Shown here one piece after another: positions 17,542 through 28,182 of a DNA stretch of 64,000 bases; the first letter of the stretch is position 1; the number at the start of each line of letters is the position of its first letter. A program made the translations under genes and the position numbers. The notes under the pieces are model-generated. The model saw only the letters and a program-made list of their open reading frames with translations. It was not told the origin of the DNA and did not search any database. The stretch lies in IMG/VR virus record IMGVR_UViG_3300006990_000025. One strand, written 5' to 3'. This stretch comes from an uncultured virus (IMG/VR IMGVR_UViG_3300006990_000025) (Duplodnaviria > Heunggongvirae > Uroviricota > Caudoviricetes).

Positions 17542-20500
17542 TCAAACACCTAATCCCGATTCTCTAATGAAAGTCGCAGTATATGGTGTCGAGTCAATAC
17601 TTCCACCTTGTCTGTTGTAGTCGAATGATACTATCCTTCCGATGAATGTTTTACTGTCAGGTACGCCGTCAAAATTAACTTCCTGCCATTCTATCTCAAC
17701 CAATGAACCGGATAGTAACAACTCTTCCATATATTGAATATCTCTATCTTGAGTTCCTTTGAGGAACATGCCTCTTAAGTTAAACTCATCAGCCCTTTGG
17801 CCTGTGTCACTTATCTCTGGATATATCGAGTCTAATACGGCAGTTTGAGTTAGATTTGCTCTCCTTGTCCTTGAGAATGACGATGGCTTGGTTTGTAACC
17901 TTAGTGGCACTATTGTTGTTGCAGGTAAAACTTTGATTACACATGAGGTCACTGGGCTTACATTACTAGCACTATCTGTTACAATCAATGTTGCTTGATA
18001 TTCACCTGCTACTGCATAGGTGTGGTCTTGGAATGTTTGCGCCCCGCTAACTGTACTTGAACCATCTCCAAAGTCAAAAGTATAATTTGATATGGTCGCC
18101 TCTGTGTTCAAAGTGTAAGATTGTGAACCATCGAAGCGAATACTTTGACCTGCTCTTACTAATGTGGGTATTGCCCTCAATATGCTGACTGGCTCTGCGC
18201 CGTTCACTTGAACCTTGATTGACAAAGACAAGTCGCTAATATTTCCTGCATCGTCTTTTGATTGAGCCTTCATTTCATAGAATGTAGCAGGGGAGGTTGG
18301 TGTTGATGAATATACATGAGAAATGTCAAGTGAAACATTTAGAGCCGGAACTGGAATTGGTAAAAATCCACTATCTGTTCCATCTCCAAAGTCTATCTTC
18401 ACTTCACTTATTTTTCTATCGGGGTCAATGGTGTCGCCAAAGATTCTTGCACTAACAATATGTCCTACTTTAGTTGTGATTGTCGGTGAAACCGATTGTC
18501 CTACTGTTGTTGCAGTTTGTCCGTTGAAAGTATTTCCAATGACTGCTACATTTGATGTAGGTTTGTGGTCAAACAACAATTCCCATTTTGTGATTGTTGG
18601 CAGTTCTTTAAAATTGACTGGGTGTAACTCACTATCCTCTGTTGAAGGCATGTAAAAATTAAATCTGATTACAAAACCGTTAGTAATATAAGTTGTAGGT
18701 AGGTTATTCAAATCAATAGTTCCAATGTCTTGAATAAAGAAAGGGTCTAAGTCTTGGAAGTCGGGGATAGGCACGGTTGCTTCACGGGCAATTTGACAAA
18801 TATTTGGAAGTGTGGGTTTCTCAAATAGGCTAACAGTAATGTTTTTATTTCTGCTTAAATCAATGTTAGTGGCATAGATTTGTATTGCGTTATACTTACC
18901 TATTATTGTTCCTGTTGGTGGCAACATAACCGTCGTATCAACAGTAAATGGCAACATAGCCGGAGTTGGCAAGTGTCTAAATGTTAATTCATCAATTTGA
19001 ACATCTTTGTTAGATTGCGCTAAAGCAGGAGTCGAGTAAGATACTGGAATTTCTTTATCACCTATCATATTTGAATAATGTTCGGGCATCATTCGTGGAA
19101 GATAATAAAATTCATCAAAGTTGCCTGTTCCTCCATAACTTTGTCGCCTTGAATACCCAAACCATGTTTGTTCTGTTGGATTACCTGCCAATTCATATAC
19201 TGCTTTATTTTCAGCATTTGGAGAAACACCAACGGTTGATATTCGACTTTTACCCATACCTACGGGTTCTTCATTTCTAAATTTAATATAAGGAGAACCA
19301 ATACCCTTTGTTGCTTGGGTTTCTTGTAATACTGGGGCTATAACAAATGGCTCTCTATTAACAAAAGAAAATAAGTTGCATGATTTAATTGATACGCCCC
19401 AAACTTCGCCATTGGAATTTGTAGCCCTTGAAACCTCTGTACCATTTAATGAAAATATCATCTCCGAGTTTGTGAATGACGCTCTTATCAACTGTACTCC
19501 TTCGGTATAATCTGTGTTTTGTCCTAATTGATTTGCAGTTATTCTTCCCATACCTGCTTTACCACCTAAACTAAACGGACTTGAATTGAAATAAGTTCCT
19601 CCTGTAAAATGAGTATTAGCCGACATAAACCATATTGCCGTTCTTTCAAAGACTCCATCGTATGCTAATGGATTTGGCGACCCAAAGCCCGCCACCTTTC
19701 TTGGGGTATTTGGCATAGCAAATATACTGTAAGGATAACCTGCCGCCGCTATATTACCCACACCACCAAATGCTGATAGGTTTGCTTGCTTGAGTCTTGT
19801 TGCTATTAGATTACCCGTAGCACCTGCCGCATTTGAAGATGGGGGGCTTACAAACAATTCATGTCCTGCATCTTTTTGAACATCTGGTGTTATGTATGTT
19901 CCATCGTCAATGGTTGTTTTATCTTTATTAACATAAGAGTTAATTCTTGTTGGTGGATTTCTAATATGTGATTGTGAAACTGGATGGAAACCCCAACCTG
20001 CGTCACGGGTGAATGTATTACCTATCCATGAATGTCTTCCATATTGAGGGTCGTTTTCATTTTGGTCAAATTCAATAATAAACATTCGATTATCAACTTC
20101 GGGGATATAAGCAGTCATCTCCATATCTAAGTGAATAGGAGAGCAACCTGTTTCACTTAACCCGATAAGAGTTGTTTCTTGACCCGCCTTTACATGGTGA
20201 ACCGTTGTTCCATCATTAAACCCAAGTGAATAACTATTCAAAGCAGGGGTCATAGATAACCTTGTTCCTTCCCTTTCATGTGCAGGGAATGGTCGGTTTC
20301 TTCCAAAATCCCATAATCCGCCTGTTCCAACTTTTTCAGGTTTGACATAATCCCAAGCATGAGAACCTGTTGCTGAATCTATGTAAGACCAAAGAGGGGT
20401 TGAAACGCCTCTAAAAGCCCACTTATCAGGAATAACTGAAACACAATGACCCATCAAATCACCTCTTGGAATCCATTTGTTAGGTGCATGAAAGGAACTT

Positions 20501-23271
20501 GAGTCAATTGACTTCCATGCTAAAGGTTGGTCGTTTGTAGGAGTCGTCGTATCATCAACTGTACCACTAAGCCCTATTGTATTGTACCTTTGGGATAGGT
20601 CGTGACCCAACGGAGCAGGTATTCTTAGACTTCCTGCACCTTTACCACTAACCATAGGGGCATTTCCAATACCCGTATTATTATTAGAATTGATAGTTTC
20701 AATTTGAATACTTCTTGGAACAATGCCTACTCCTTCAAATGTGCTATCTTGATTTGGCAATTCAACACCTGTGAATTTAGGTCGGCCACCCATAGTATCT
20801 TCTAAAGATGATGAAGAAGGAACATTTGAGTCAATTGTACCCATACCTATTTGAAATTGGTTCATGATATTCCCAATTGTTTGAAATGCCGTCATTGGAT
20901 TTGTTGTTGTATCGGTGTCAATAATTAAATCTCCAAAATCACCAAATGGATTAAATGACAAACCAATACCCATTCTATCAGCCGAAGTTTGAGGAAAAGT
21001 AGCAGGATATAATTGATTTATTTCCTCTGTAAAAAATGTAGGTTGAGCCTTGCCCGCATCAGGCCAAACCCACTGGGTCGTAGTTCCGTCATTTCCTGTA
21101 TATCTAACTTTAATACCTTTTAATTTACCATGATTTCTTCCTACTTTTAAACTGGAAGTTTTAGGAGTAAGTAATGTAATGTTAGATGTTCTTATAGAAA
21201 TTGTATTATCTCTATTCATGTAAGGAGGAATTTGCACTACATATTTTACAAATCGTCTTCCTGTATTATCTCCACCAAAATGCTCTGCCGCACAACCTGC
21301 CACAATACTATCGGGTGTAATAGGTGAAGTAGCGGGATTAGTTTGATACGCCCCCGTAACACCAAGCATATTTATTCCGTGAATTTCCATTCGCCTGTGT
21401 AAAAACCATCCATTAAATTGAAACGCTTGAACCACGCTAGACACATTAGAAAATCCTGTTCCTGTTTGTGTTGTTCCAAGTCTTTCATAAGTTACTCTTG
21501 AAGTTTGTTTTGCAGGTAAAGCAGTTTTAGAATATCTGCCCGATGTTACACCGTTATTACCACTAAAATATGTATTACCTGAATTAGTCAAATCAACATT
21601 CTCAACAAAGATGGGTACTCCGGCTTGTATTAAAGAATGATAGTTATCAATATCGGGGTTGGGTGAAGAATCAAATCCTAAGTAAGTCCAAAAAGCAACT
21701 TCATTTTGTGGTCCATTCCATTCAACGGCTACAACCTTTATCGGTCTTGGGTTTGGTGGAACATGGCCTATTCCATAACTCCCCTTCTTAGCATCCACCG
21801 TATATTCTAATACATTTTGAGGTCTTGCATGTGTTGGGTTCATATCCACATCATGAGTTACAACACCATAGTAAGAACTGTCGTTAGGAGGTCTTTTTGT
21901 GTTTCTAACTTGATTGTAATTCCAATTAGTACCTTGAGCCGATGGTGAAACTGGTCCTTGTATAAAGTCAAAATATGGATAGATACCTGCGGGCGAACCA
22001 TCAGCAAATTTGTCATAACTTGCATCATGACCTCCACCGGACTCATCATCACCCCAACCTCTGCCACCATCCCAAACTGCATACAGAGAGGTTGTTTGTG
22101 TTCCACCAATATATCGTCGGCTATCGTAAGAGTAAGGAATGATTGTTCCATTGTTCAAAGAATATGTTCCATCTTTCAAGAAGCAAGCCAAAGCCATACT
22201 CATTCTGTATGACGGTGCGCCAAAATGAGAGTTAGATTTGTCAAGATACTGCGCCCCCATACCATCTAATAAATCAGGATTTGTGGTAGTTCCTTGAGGA
22301 TATAGTGAATCAACGGGTAAATTCTTTGTCCTTTGATTTAACGGTTGTAATAAAAGTTCACGGTCTAACTTAAAATCACCGCTACTACCATTATACTTAT
22401 ATTTAACATCAGTGTGTTTTTCTAAAGGGTTTTGATTATATCTGGTTATTCCATTTTTAGCATAGGCTCTGCTTTTCCCAACAACATTAGTTGCCCCTGT
22501 TATATTTTTTGCCAACTGGTTACTATCGAGCAACATAGGCATAAAAACAGTAGCACGATATGTTTCAGCAACGGGGAATGCTACATCTCCACTAACTCTT
22601 GGGTCAATATTTACAATTGGCATCCTTCCTGTTGAACCTAATCCAAATGGTAAGAATGCTCTTTTCTCGCTATCCATTATTCCAATATGCCTATAACTGT
22701 CAATTTGTTCAACAAATTCTTGAATTGTCATAAAAACTGGGTATGGTCCTTTCACCATAGCATTTCCTTTAGCAAGTCCTAAATTGCCAGTTTGCATTGA
22801 ATCTTGACCCGCAGGGGTGGCGGTAGTCCATGCTTGTAAATCTCCTGTATTAGAGCCTGTATTAATCACTTCTTTAGCATCATCGTTACTAAGATATGTT
22901 GCTTGGTTTGTTGATTGTTCAACTGTTGGGGCTATCATCAAAAACTCTGTGAATGAACCATCACTGTGAGTAATACGGCAACGGGGATTGTATGTACCCG
23001 ACCCCGATATAGTAATAGTAGGCTCTGTGCCGGTTATATCCGTGCCGTCAGGATTAATTGCTTCAACCCTAACACCTGCCGTTGTTGATTCATCTATTAT
23101 GTCTTTATCATTTTGAAATGAAGAAAACTGACTTTTGAACAACACTGGGTCAATGGATATTCCTAAGTCGGTGTCGTTTTTGATATACACCGGCCACCAC
23201 TTTTGTAATTCAGCCAAGTGGTTTTTGACTCTGGAAAATTTATGTTCCGGTTTCTTTTCATATCGTGCCAT
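17542..23271 (-). CDS. giant virion protein with two PKD domains and a C-terminal Dit/gpU-like domain
   Basis: 1909 aa, directly downstream of the tape measure gene; PKD motifs IDFGDGT..HVY and FDFGDGS..HTYAVAGEYQATLIVTD; the last ~125 aa resemble tube-like distal tail proteins. Confidence 0.7.
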   Translation of the reverse strand: MARYEKKPEHKFSRVKNHLAELQKWWPVYIKNDTDLGISIDPVLFKSQFSSFQNDKDIIDESTTAGVRVEAINPDGTDITGTEPTITISGSGTYNPRCRITHSDGSFTEFLMIAPTVEQSTNQATYLSNDDAKEVINTGSNTGDLQAWTTATPAGQDSMQTGNLGLAKGNAMVKGPYPVFMTIQEFVEQIDSYRHIGIMDSEKRAFLPFGLGSTGRMPIVNIDPRVSGDVAFPVAETYRATVFMPMLLDSNQLAKNITGATNVVGKSRAYAKNGITRYNQNPLEKHTDVKYKYNGSSGDFKLDRELLLQPLNQRTKNLPVDSLYPQGTTTNPDLLDGMGAQYLDKSNSHFGAPSYRMSMALACFLKDGTYSLNNGTIIPYSYDSRRYIGGTQTTSLYAVWDGGRGWGDDESGGGHDASYDKFADGSPAGIYPYFDFIQGPVSPSAQGTNWNYNQVRNTKRPPNDSSYYGVVTHDVDMNPTHARPQNVLEYTVDAKKGSYGIGHVPPNPRPIKVVAVEWNGPQNEVAFWTYLGFDSSPNPDIDNYHSLIQAGVPIFVENVDLTNSGNTYFSGNNGVTSGRYSKTALPAKQTSRVTYERLGTTQTGTGFSNVSSVVQAFQFNGWFLHRRMEIHGINMLGVTGAYQTNPATSPITPDSIVAGCAAEHFGGDNTGRRFVKYVVQIPPYMNRDNTISIRTSNITLLTPKTSSLKVGRNHGKLKGIKVRYTGNDGTTTQWVWPDAGKAQPTFFTEEINQLYPATFPQTSADRMGIGLSFNPFGDFGDLIIDTDTTTNPMTAFQTIGNIMNQFQIGMGTIDSNVPSSSSLEDTMGGRPKFTGVELPNQDSTFEGVGIVPRSIQIETINSNNNTGIGNAPMVSGKGAGSLRIPAPLGHDLSQRYNTIGLSGTVDDTTTPTNDQPLAWKSIDSSSFHAPNKWIPRGDLMGHCVSVIPDKWAFRGVSTPLWSYIDSATGSHAWDYVKPEKVGTGGLWDFGRNRPFPAHEREGTRLSMTPALNSYSLGFNDGTTVHHVKAGQETTLIGLSETGCSPIHLDMEMTAYIPEVDNRMFIIEFDQNENDPQYGRHSWIGNTFTRDAGWGFHPVSQSHIRNPPTRINSYVNKDKTTIDDGTYITPDVQKDAGHELFVSPPSSNAAGATGNLIATRLKQANLSAFGGVGNIAAAGYPYSIFAMPNTPRKVAGFGSPNPLAYDGVFERTAIWFMSANTHFTGGTYFNSSPFSLGGKAGMGRITANQLGQNTDYTEGVQLIRASFTNSEMIFSLNGTEVSRATNSNGEVWGVSIKSCNLFSFVNREPFVIAPVLQETQATKGIGSPYIKFRNEEPVGMGKSRISTVGVSPNAENKAVYELAGNPTEQTWFGYSRRQSYGGTGNFDEFYYLPRMMPEHYSNMIGDKEIPVSYSTPALAQSNKDVQIDELTFRHLPTPAMLPFTVDTTVMLPPTGTIIGKYNAIQIYATNIDLSRNKNITVSLFEKPTLPNICQIAREATVPIPDFQDLDPFFIQDIGTIDLNNLPTTYITNGFVIRFNFYMPSTEDSELHPVNFKELPTITKWELLFDHKPTSNVAVIGNTFNGQTATTVGQSVSPTITTKVGHIVSARIFGDTIDPDRKISEVKIDFGDGTDSGFLPIPVPALNVSLDISHVYSSTPTSPATFYEMKAQSKDDAGNISDLSLSIKVQVNGAEPVSILRAIPTLVRAGQSIRFDGSQSYTLNTEATISNYTFDFGDGSSTVSGAQTFQDHTYAVAGEYQATLIVTDSASNVSPVTSCVIKVLPATTIVPLRLQTKPSSFSRTRRANLTQTAVLDSIYPEISDTGQRADEFNLRGMFLKGTQDRDIQYMEELLLSGSLVEIEWQEVNFDGVPDSKTFIGRIVSFDYNRQGGSIDSTPYTATFIRESGLGV

Positions 23272-25592
23272 TAGAAACCACTTCCCCCTCGACGGCTACT
23301 GGTGTTCAACACTGCAACCATAGCATTTTTAACCATTCGCTCTAATTCAAACTTAGATATGTCGGTTGAAACATTCATATTTTGAATAGACACACTGCCG
23401 CCCCCGCTTCCGCTTAGACCGCTCTCCATCATAACCTTATTCCTGTTCATAGAGTCCTTGCTACTATTCCCCAAAGGTATAATCGCTTCCGGTCCACGCT
23501 CACCTGCACTAACAATGGAAGGTTGGGATATTATACCACCTGTATGAAATTGGTCTAATCCAAAACCACTAACACCTGTTCCGACTAAACTACGCTTAGT
23601 TGTTGCCGCACCTAAAGCACCCCTTGCACTAATACCACCACCGAAGGCTAATCCTGACATACTTCCCGTTATACCCGCCCTACCACCTGCGGTAGCAAGC
23701 CTTGAAGCACCACCTGTTGCCATACCAAGACCAATTTGTAGTCCACCGGATAATATATTTTTAAGACCACTACCTGCACCGTCTTTAATAGCCTTAAATG
23801 CTGCCCCTGCATCTCGCTTTACAATTAATTGATATGCCATTTCAACTATTCCTTTCAATACCTCAAAGATACCAACAAGCACTTGAGCAAACGGTTGTAT
23901 TAGAGCCATTAGTATTCTAAACGCTACTGCCACTAACATAACAACTGGAACTAATGCTCTCATCAACATAATTATGTCTGGTAAAGCGTCAAGAACAAGA
24001 GGTAAAGCAAATGCAATACCGATTGCTATTTCCTCTCCTAATTTTTTAATCTCCGGCATTAAATCCGATATTGCATTCATTATGTCATCACCAAATGCGT
24101 CAGTTAGTTTAGTTAGCATTATGGTAAGTGGTCGGCCTATCTCAATCATAGCCTCTGTTATCCTCGACATAAATAGCCTCAAAGATTCTAATGCTGAACC
24201 TCCATCCTCAACATTTCTTTGTAATGATTCGGTATATTCATTAGTTGCACCTGTGGCATTTTGTGTTTCTTCAACTAAGCCATGAAATGATTCACGCTGA
24301 CTCACTAAAGATGCAATAGCAGTTCCACCCCTCACACCAAACACTTCTAAAATTTGTGTTGTTGTAGCCCCGCTTGCCGCCAACTGGTCTAACACATCAC
24401 CTAACGATGTGATACCAACAGTTTGTTGTTCGATGGTTCGCAGTAATTCTGTTGATTCTTCCTTCATCTCTTTCTCTTTCGCCGTTACCTGTGATAACTT
24501 ATGTTGTTGAATAGTTCTTTCTAAATTTAATTCCTGTTCCGATAAAGCAAGAGCCGAGTTTGCTTCTTCTAATCTGGTAATTGTTTTGAGTTCTTGTTCC
24601 GTTAAATCTCTATTTTGTCTTGAGGCTCTTTGTCTAATTTGAGCAATAGCAAGATTATTTCTTTGTTGATTGATTGAAGTTTCAGTTAAAGTGTCATTTA
24701 GAGCCTTCAATTCAGTTTTGAGCATCATGCTTTCACGGGTTGCTCTATCGAGTTCAATAGTCAAAGACTTGAATTGGCTTTCTGCCGCTTTTCCTGAAGG
24801 CGACAAAACCTTGACATTCAAACCTAAATCATTCATGGCTCTCGTAGCATCAAATGTTGGTTTCAACAATTTGTTGATTGCCATTCTCAAACCTGTTCCG
24901 GCAATAGTTCCTCTCAAACCTGCATTACCTAAAGCACCAACTGCGGAGGCAGTTTCTTGAATACTAATACCTGCGGAGAAAGCGACTGGTGCTACGAATT
25001 TTAGACCTTCACCCAAAGAAACAATATCCACATTTGACCGAGTAAATGTTCTTGTTAATACATCGGACACCAAGCCGAGTTGGTCCATTTCCATGCCGAA
25101 TGCTTTGACACCTGCAATACCAATGTTAGTTGCAGTTTGAATATCAACTCCACCGGCAATAGCGAATTTAACAAGGTTCTCCAATGCCCTATCGCTAATC
25201 ATCTCGTCTGCGGTGACACCTGCAATAGCAAGTTTATTTGCGGCTTCACCGACCTCTGCCGCAGTAAATCGTGTGCTTTTTCCTATATCTCGTATCGTGC
25301 CTTCTAATTTGTTTAAGTCACTACCCGTTGAACCTAAGATAGCACCTGTTCTTGCCAAAGTGTCGTTAAATTCAATGAAAGTTCTAACTGACTGATTCAA
25401 AAATTGAACCATCTTAGTTGCACCAAATGCGGCAGCACCTACTGCGATACCTGCGAAAGACGCTCTGGCAACTGTTCCAAATCTGGAAGCACTACTACCT
25501 GCAATATAGAAAGCCTGTGAAAGAGCATTTAGACTGGCTCTCGCTTTCTTGGTATCAACATTAACGCCAACTCTTGCATCTGTTCCAACCAA
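23271..25592 (-). CDS. tail tape measure protein (TP901-type core)
   Basis: STRFTAAEVGEA, LGEGLKFVAPVA and GLRGTIAGTGLR are typical of the TP901 core; C-terminal FHTGG...AGERGPEAIIPL. Confidence 0.95.
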   Translation of the reverse strand: MVGTDARVGVNVDTKKARASLNALSQAFYIAGSSASRFGTVARASFAGIAVGAAAFGATKMVQFLNQSVRTFIEFNDTLARTGAILGSTGSDLNKLEGTIRDIGKSTRFTAAEVGEAANKLAIAGVTADEMISDRALENLVKFAIAGGVDIQTATNIGIAGVKAFGMEMDQLGLVSDVLTRTFTRSNVDIVSLGEGLKFVAPVAFSAGISIQETASAVGALGNAGLRGTIAGTGLRMAINKLLKPTFDATRAMNDLGLNVKVLSPSGKAAESQFKSLTIELDRATRESMMLKTELKALNDTLTETSINQQRNNLAIAQIRQRASRQNRDLTEQELKTITRLEEANSALALSEQELNLERTIQQHKLSQVTAKEKEMKEESTELLRTIEQQTVGITSLGDVLDQLAASGATTTQILEVFGVRGGTAIASLVSQRESFHGLVEETQNATGATNEYTESLQRNVEDGGSALESLRLFMSRITEAMIEIGRPLTIMLTKLTDAFGDDIMNAISDLMPEIKKLGEEIAIGIAFALPLVLDALPDIIMLMRALVPVVMLVAVAFRILMALIQPFAQVLVGIFEVLKGIVEMAYQLIVKRDAGAAFKAIKDGAGSGLKNILSGGLQIGLGMATGGASRLATAGGRAGITGSMSGLAFGGGISARGALGAATTKRSLVGTGVSGFGLDQFHTGGIISQPSIVSAGERGPEAIIPLGNSSKDSMNRNKVMMESGLSGSGGGSVSIQNMNVSTDISKFELERMVKNAMVAVLNTSSRRGGSGF

Positions 25593-25627
25593 GCATCAGC
25601 ACCCCAATAAGAGAGGGTTGGAAAACA

Positions 25628-25795
25628 TCACCTTTTACGGTTTGCTCTGTTTTTTCGTTTGACGCTTTCACTATAAGCGTTTAATAAAAATGTTGCATCT
25701 CGTATATCCATATCTCTAAACTCTTTTGGAGTCAAAGATGTATATACTAAAAATTCATAAAAAGCGAATCCGTTGTCGCTTATTGCGTATTTCCC
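25628..25795 (-). CDS. -1 frameshift extension of tail assembly chaperone (gpGT-like)
   Basis: Slippery heptamer G GGA AAT (25795-25789) near the end of the chaperone ORF; the -1 frame is open for 55 codons (…YAISDNGFAFYEFLVYTSLTPKEFRDMDIRDATFLLNAY…) up to TGA at 25628. Confidence 0.85.
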   Translation of the reverse strand, partial: GKYAISDNGFAFYEFLVYTSLTPKEFRDMDIRDATFLLNAYSESVKRKNRANRKR

Positions 25796-26136
25796 AATTC
25801 CCCCAAAACACCACCACCGTTGATTTCTCCGATGGAGGACATTATAGAGGAAGATAATGCACCCAAATGTGTTAGAGGTAGTTTAGACATTAAACCCCAT
25901 GTGATTTCTTTATCGCATTTTTTCATCATTTCACAAATCATAACTAATCCCAAAGCCTCGGCTTTGTCAGCATCATTTGTGTGCTTTCTAACCGCAGGAT
26001 GAAACTTCAATGCTTGATACTCCGATGTAGTTAATGGCATTATGTCTATGGTGTCTTTTGGAATCCATTCTAAATTAGAAACATCAACTGTTACTGGTTG
26101 GTCAGCGTTTTCAAGTGCTTCATTAAGCCATGACAT
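25780..26136 (-). CDS. tail assembly chaperone (gpG-like)
   Basis: Lies between the tail tube and tape measure genes; 118 aa; ends in a slippery site. Confidence 0.8.
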   Translation of the reverse strand: MSWLNEALENADQPVTVDVSNLEWIPKDTIDIMPLTTSEYQALKFHPAVRKHTNDADKAEALGLVMICEMMKKCDKEITWGLMSKLPLTHLGALSSSIMSSIGEINGGGVLGELGNTQ

Positions 26137-26175
26137 AAATAACCCTTCTCATAACACCTATATGAAGGTATAACA

Positions 26176-26586
26176 TCAAGACTGTCGTGCGAAAGTAAGA
26201 CCTTCAAATGACGCATTAATCATCAATGCACCCTCTGCACCGGCCTCAACTCCCTCAACTGATAAATCAGTGAAAATGCAATTAGTAATTGTATAAGTGT
26301 TCGCCCCTACTGCACCGTCATTGTCAAATTCTAATTCAAACATTGTGTTACCTACGAAAGCGGCCATTAAGGTTGCATCATCAACACCCCATGCTCGCTT
26401 CAAAGTTCCTGATACTGCGAATAATCCTCTTGTATGTGCGGTAGCAAAACTACTACCAAGAGTAACATATTTTCCAGTCTGTGCGGTTAGGCTAAAATCG
26501 CCCGATACGAAGGCTTGTATTGCAGTGCCACCCGAAGGGGTCATTTTAATTACTGCGCTTGTTCCTGTAAATGCGTGAACTGACAT
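26176..26586 (-). CDS. tail tube (major tail) protein
   Basis: Beta-rich 136 aa protein (VSGTLKRAW, YTITNCIFTD, INASFEG) directly upstream of the chaperone and tape measure genes. Confidence 0.75.
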   Translation of the reverse strand: MSVHAFTGTSAVIKMTPSGGTAIQAFVSGDFSLTAQTGKYVTLGSSFATAHTRGLFAVSGTLKRAWGVDDATLMAAFVGNTMFELEFDNDGAVGANTYTITNCIFTDLSVEGVEAGAEGALMINASFEGLTFARQS

Positions 26587-26619
26587 AGCCCTATCTTACA
26601 AACACATAGGTTATAACGA

Positions 26620-26826
26620 TTATTGACCTGACGCTAAATCCTTCAAGGTATCACTAACTGCAAGTATTTCTTGACGAAGCCTGTTTTCATAAGCAGTTTT
26701 TATTTGCTCATCACTAATTCCTGATTGAGCGGCGAGTAATTCAACTGCCACCAAAGTTCTCAAAACCTGTTGGTCTTGGTCTGTCATACCTAATGCTTCA
26801 TGTGCTAGTTCTGTAAAATCGCTCAT
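26620..26826 (-). CDS. hypothetical protein
   Basis: 68 aa helical ORF. Confidence 0.6.
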   Translation of the reverse strand: MSDFTELAHEALGMTDQDQQVLRTLVAVELLAAQSGISDEQIKTAYENRLRQEILAVSDTLKDLASGQ

Positions 26827-26828
26827 AG

Positions 26829-27638
26829 TTAAACTTCCTTGATTGCCTCTGTTGCTACAACAGTTGTATTATTCCCATCAATAGACTCTAAGACTGCAAA
26901 CTGACCTTTCTCATGCTTGCTGACTTTCACCTGTGTAGTAGTAGTACCGAATACGCTTAAAACGGTTTTCAATGATTCGGTGAAAGCAACTTTGAATGGT
27001 TCTCCGTGAATATCCATCTCAAGTGGAGTCCAAGACCTAACTTGTTTGCCCGACCAATGACCTGACCGAGCCTCGCCCTTCTTATCAAAAGTAATAACCA
27101 CATACGGGGCTTTGGCAGTCAATTGTTCATGAACTCCTTTTCTTAATTCTTGAAGTGAAATCGTAGCACTGTGAGTTGCCGGTTCATTATCAAACATTGG
27201 AAATAATACCTGACCTTTCTCATTTTTTGGCATGAGCCACCTATCGGGAATAATAAGGCAGTCCTCTTCCTCTGCTGGCATGACCTCTGCACCGCCGTTG
27301 ATTTTGGTTGATATTGAAATTGGTTGTGAAGCATTTGTTGAAATTCTAACCATCTCGCCTCTTGACTTGGCTCTTACAATGTCGCCTAATTCTTTTGGGT
27401 CAGCCAATAATACACATGGCTCTTTGACTTTCAAACCACTAACCGGCCACCTTGTCAGGATTGCTTGCATTGTCTTGGCAACATTGAGTCCACTAATACT
27501 AATGCCCTCGTTTTCAAAGAGTATTTTGACTGGCACTGGTGGAGAATCCATGCAAACTGCTGATAGCAAATTGGCAAACTCCCCGCCATTGACTTGTATC
27601 ATACAAGTCCGACTCACTTTGGAGTTAGGGGTCAGCAT
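26829..27638 (-). CDS. PCNA-like DNA sliding clamp
   Basis: Size about 270 aa; VKILFENEGISISGLNVAKTMQAIL...VKEPCVLLADPKELGDIV matches the PCNA N-terminal pattern; lies in the replication block. Start moved to Met8. Confidence 0.6.
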   Translation of the reverse strand: MLTPNSKVSRTCMIQVNGGEFANLLSAVCMDSPPVPVKILFENEGISISGLNVAKTMQAILTRWPVSGLKVKEPCVLLADPKELGDIVRAKSRGEMVRISTNASQPISISTKINGGAEVMPAEEEDCLIIPDRWLMPKNEKGQVLFPMFDNEPATHSATISLQELRKGVHEQLTAKAPYVVITFDKKGEARSGHWSGKQVRSWTPLEMDIHGEPFKVAFTESLKTVLSVFGTTTTQVKVSKHEKGQFAVLESIDGNNTTVVATEAIKEV

Positions 27639-27834
27639 ACCCTCTAACGGGTAGCCCACCTACTTTAAGCGATTGCGATTTGTAGGGCTAAAATTTCTTG
27701 GCATAATAATTGTAAATTGACCATGAACATTTTTCTTCAACCATTTTCCAGTTAATGCGCTTCTTCGGTATGTTTCTCTCATTCTCGCTCGCCTCTGTTT
27801 AATGGTAGTAACCACTACTATATAAGTATGTCGC

Positions 27835-28182
27835 CTATTCTTCATCATAAGCGTCGGGGTGAGCAAGCCATGTTTTTTGAGGATATTTTGTTCGACCATC
27901 AATACTGGCAACTCTTACAGTTCCAGCGCAGTAAAACAAATGTGGCTTCTTGGCTAAGTGATTCGATAACCTATTCATCTCAAATGGTTGCTTGGGTAGT
28001 GTAAGAATTTCGCCTGTTGTCATTGGAGTTCCTTCGGGAAAAGTTGCACCCTCATTTATCATACATTTCCAAAGACGCTTGACATTTCGACCATCGGATT
28101 TTCCCAGTCTTCCTTTCTTCCGTGTACCATATTTGGAAGAAGGAACGGTATCTTCATCAGTCGGTTTCTTGCTTTTCTTCAT
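27835..28182 (-). CDS. putative winged-helix DNA-binding protein
   Basis: PMTTGEIL...MNRLSNHLAK..F followed by a beta-hairpin ending in W. Confidence 0.5.
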   Translation of the reverse strand: MKKSKKPTDEDTVPSSKYGTRKKGRLGKSDGRNVKRLWKCMINEGATFPEGTPMTTGEILTLPKQPFEMNRLSNHLAKKPHLFYCAGTVRVASIDGRTKYPQKTWLAHPDAYDEE

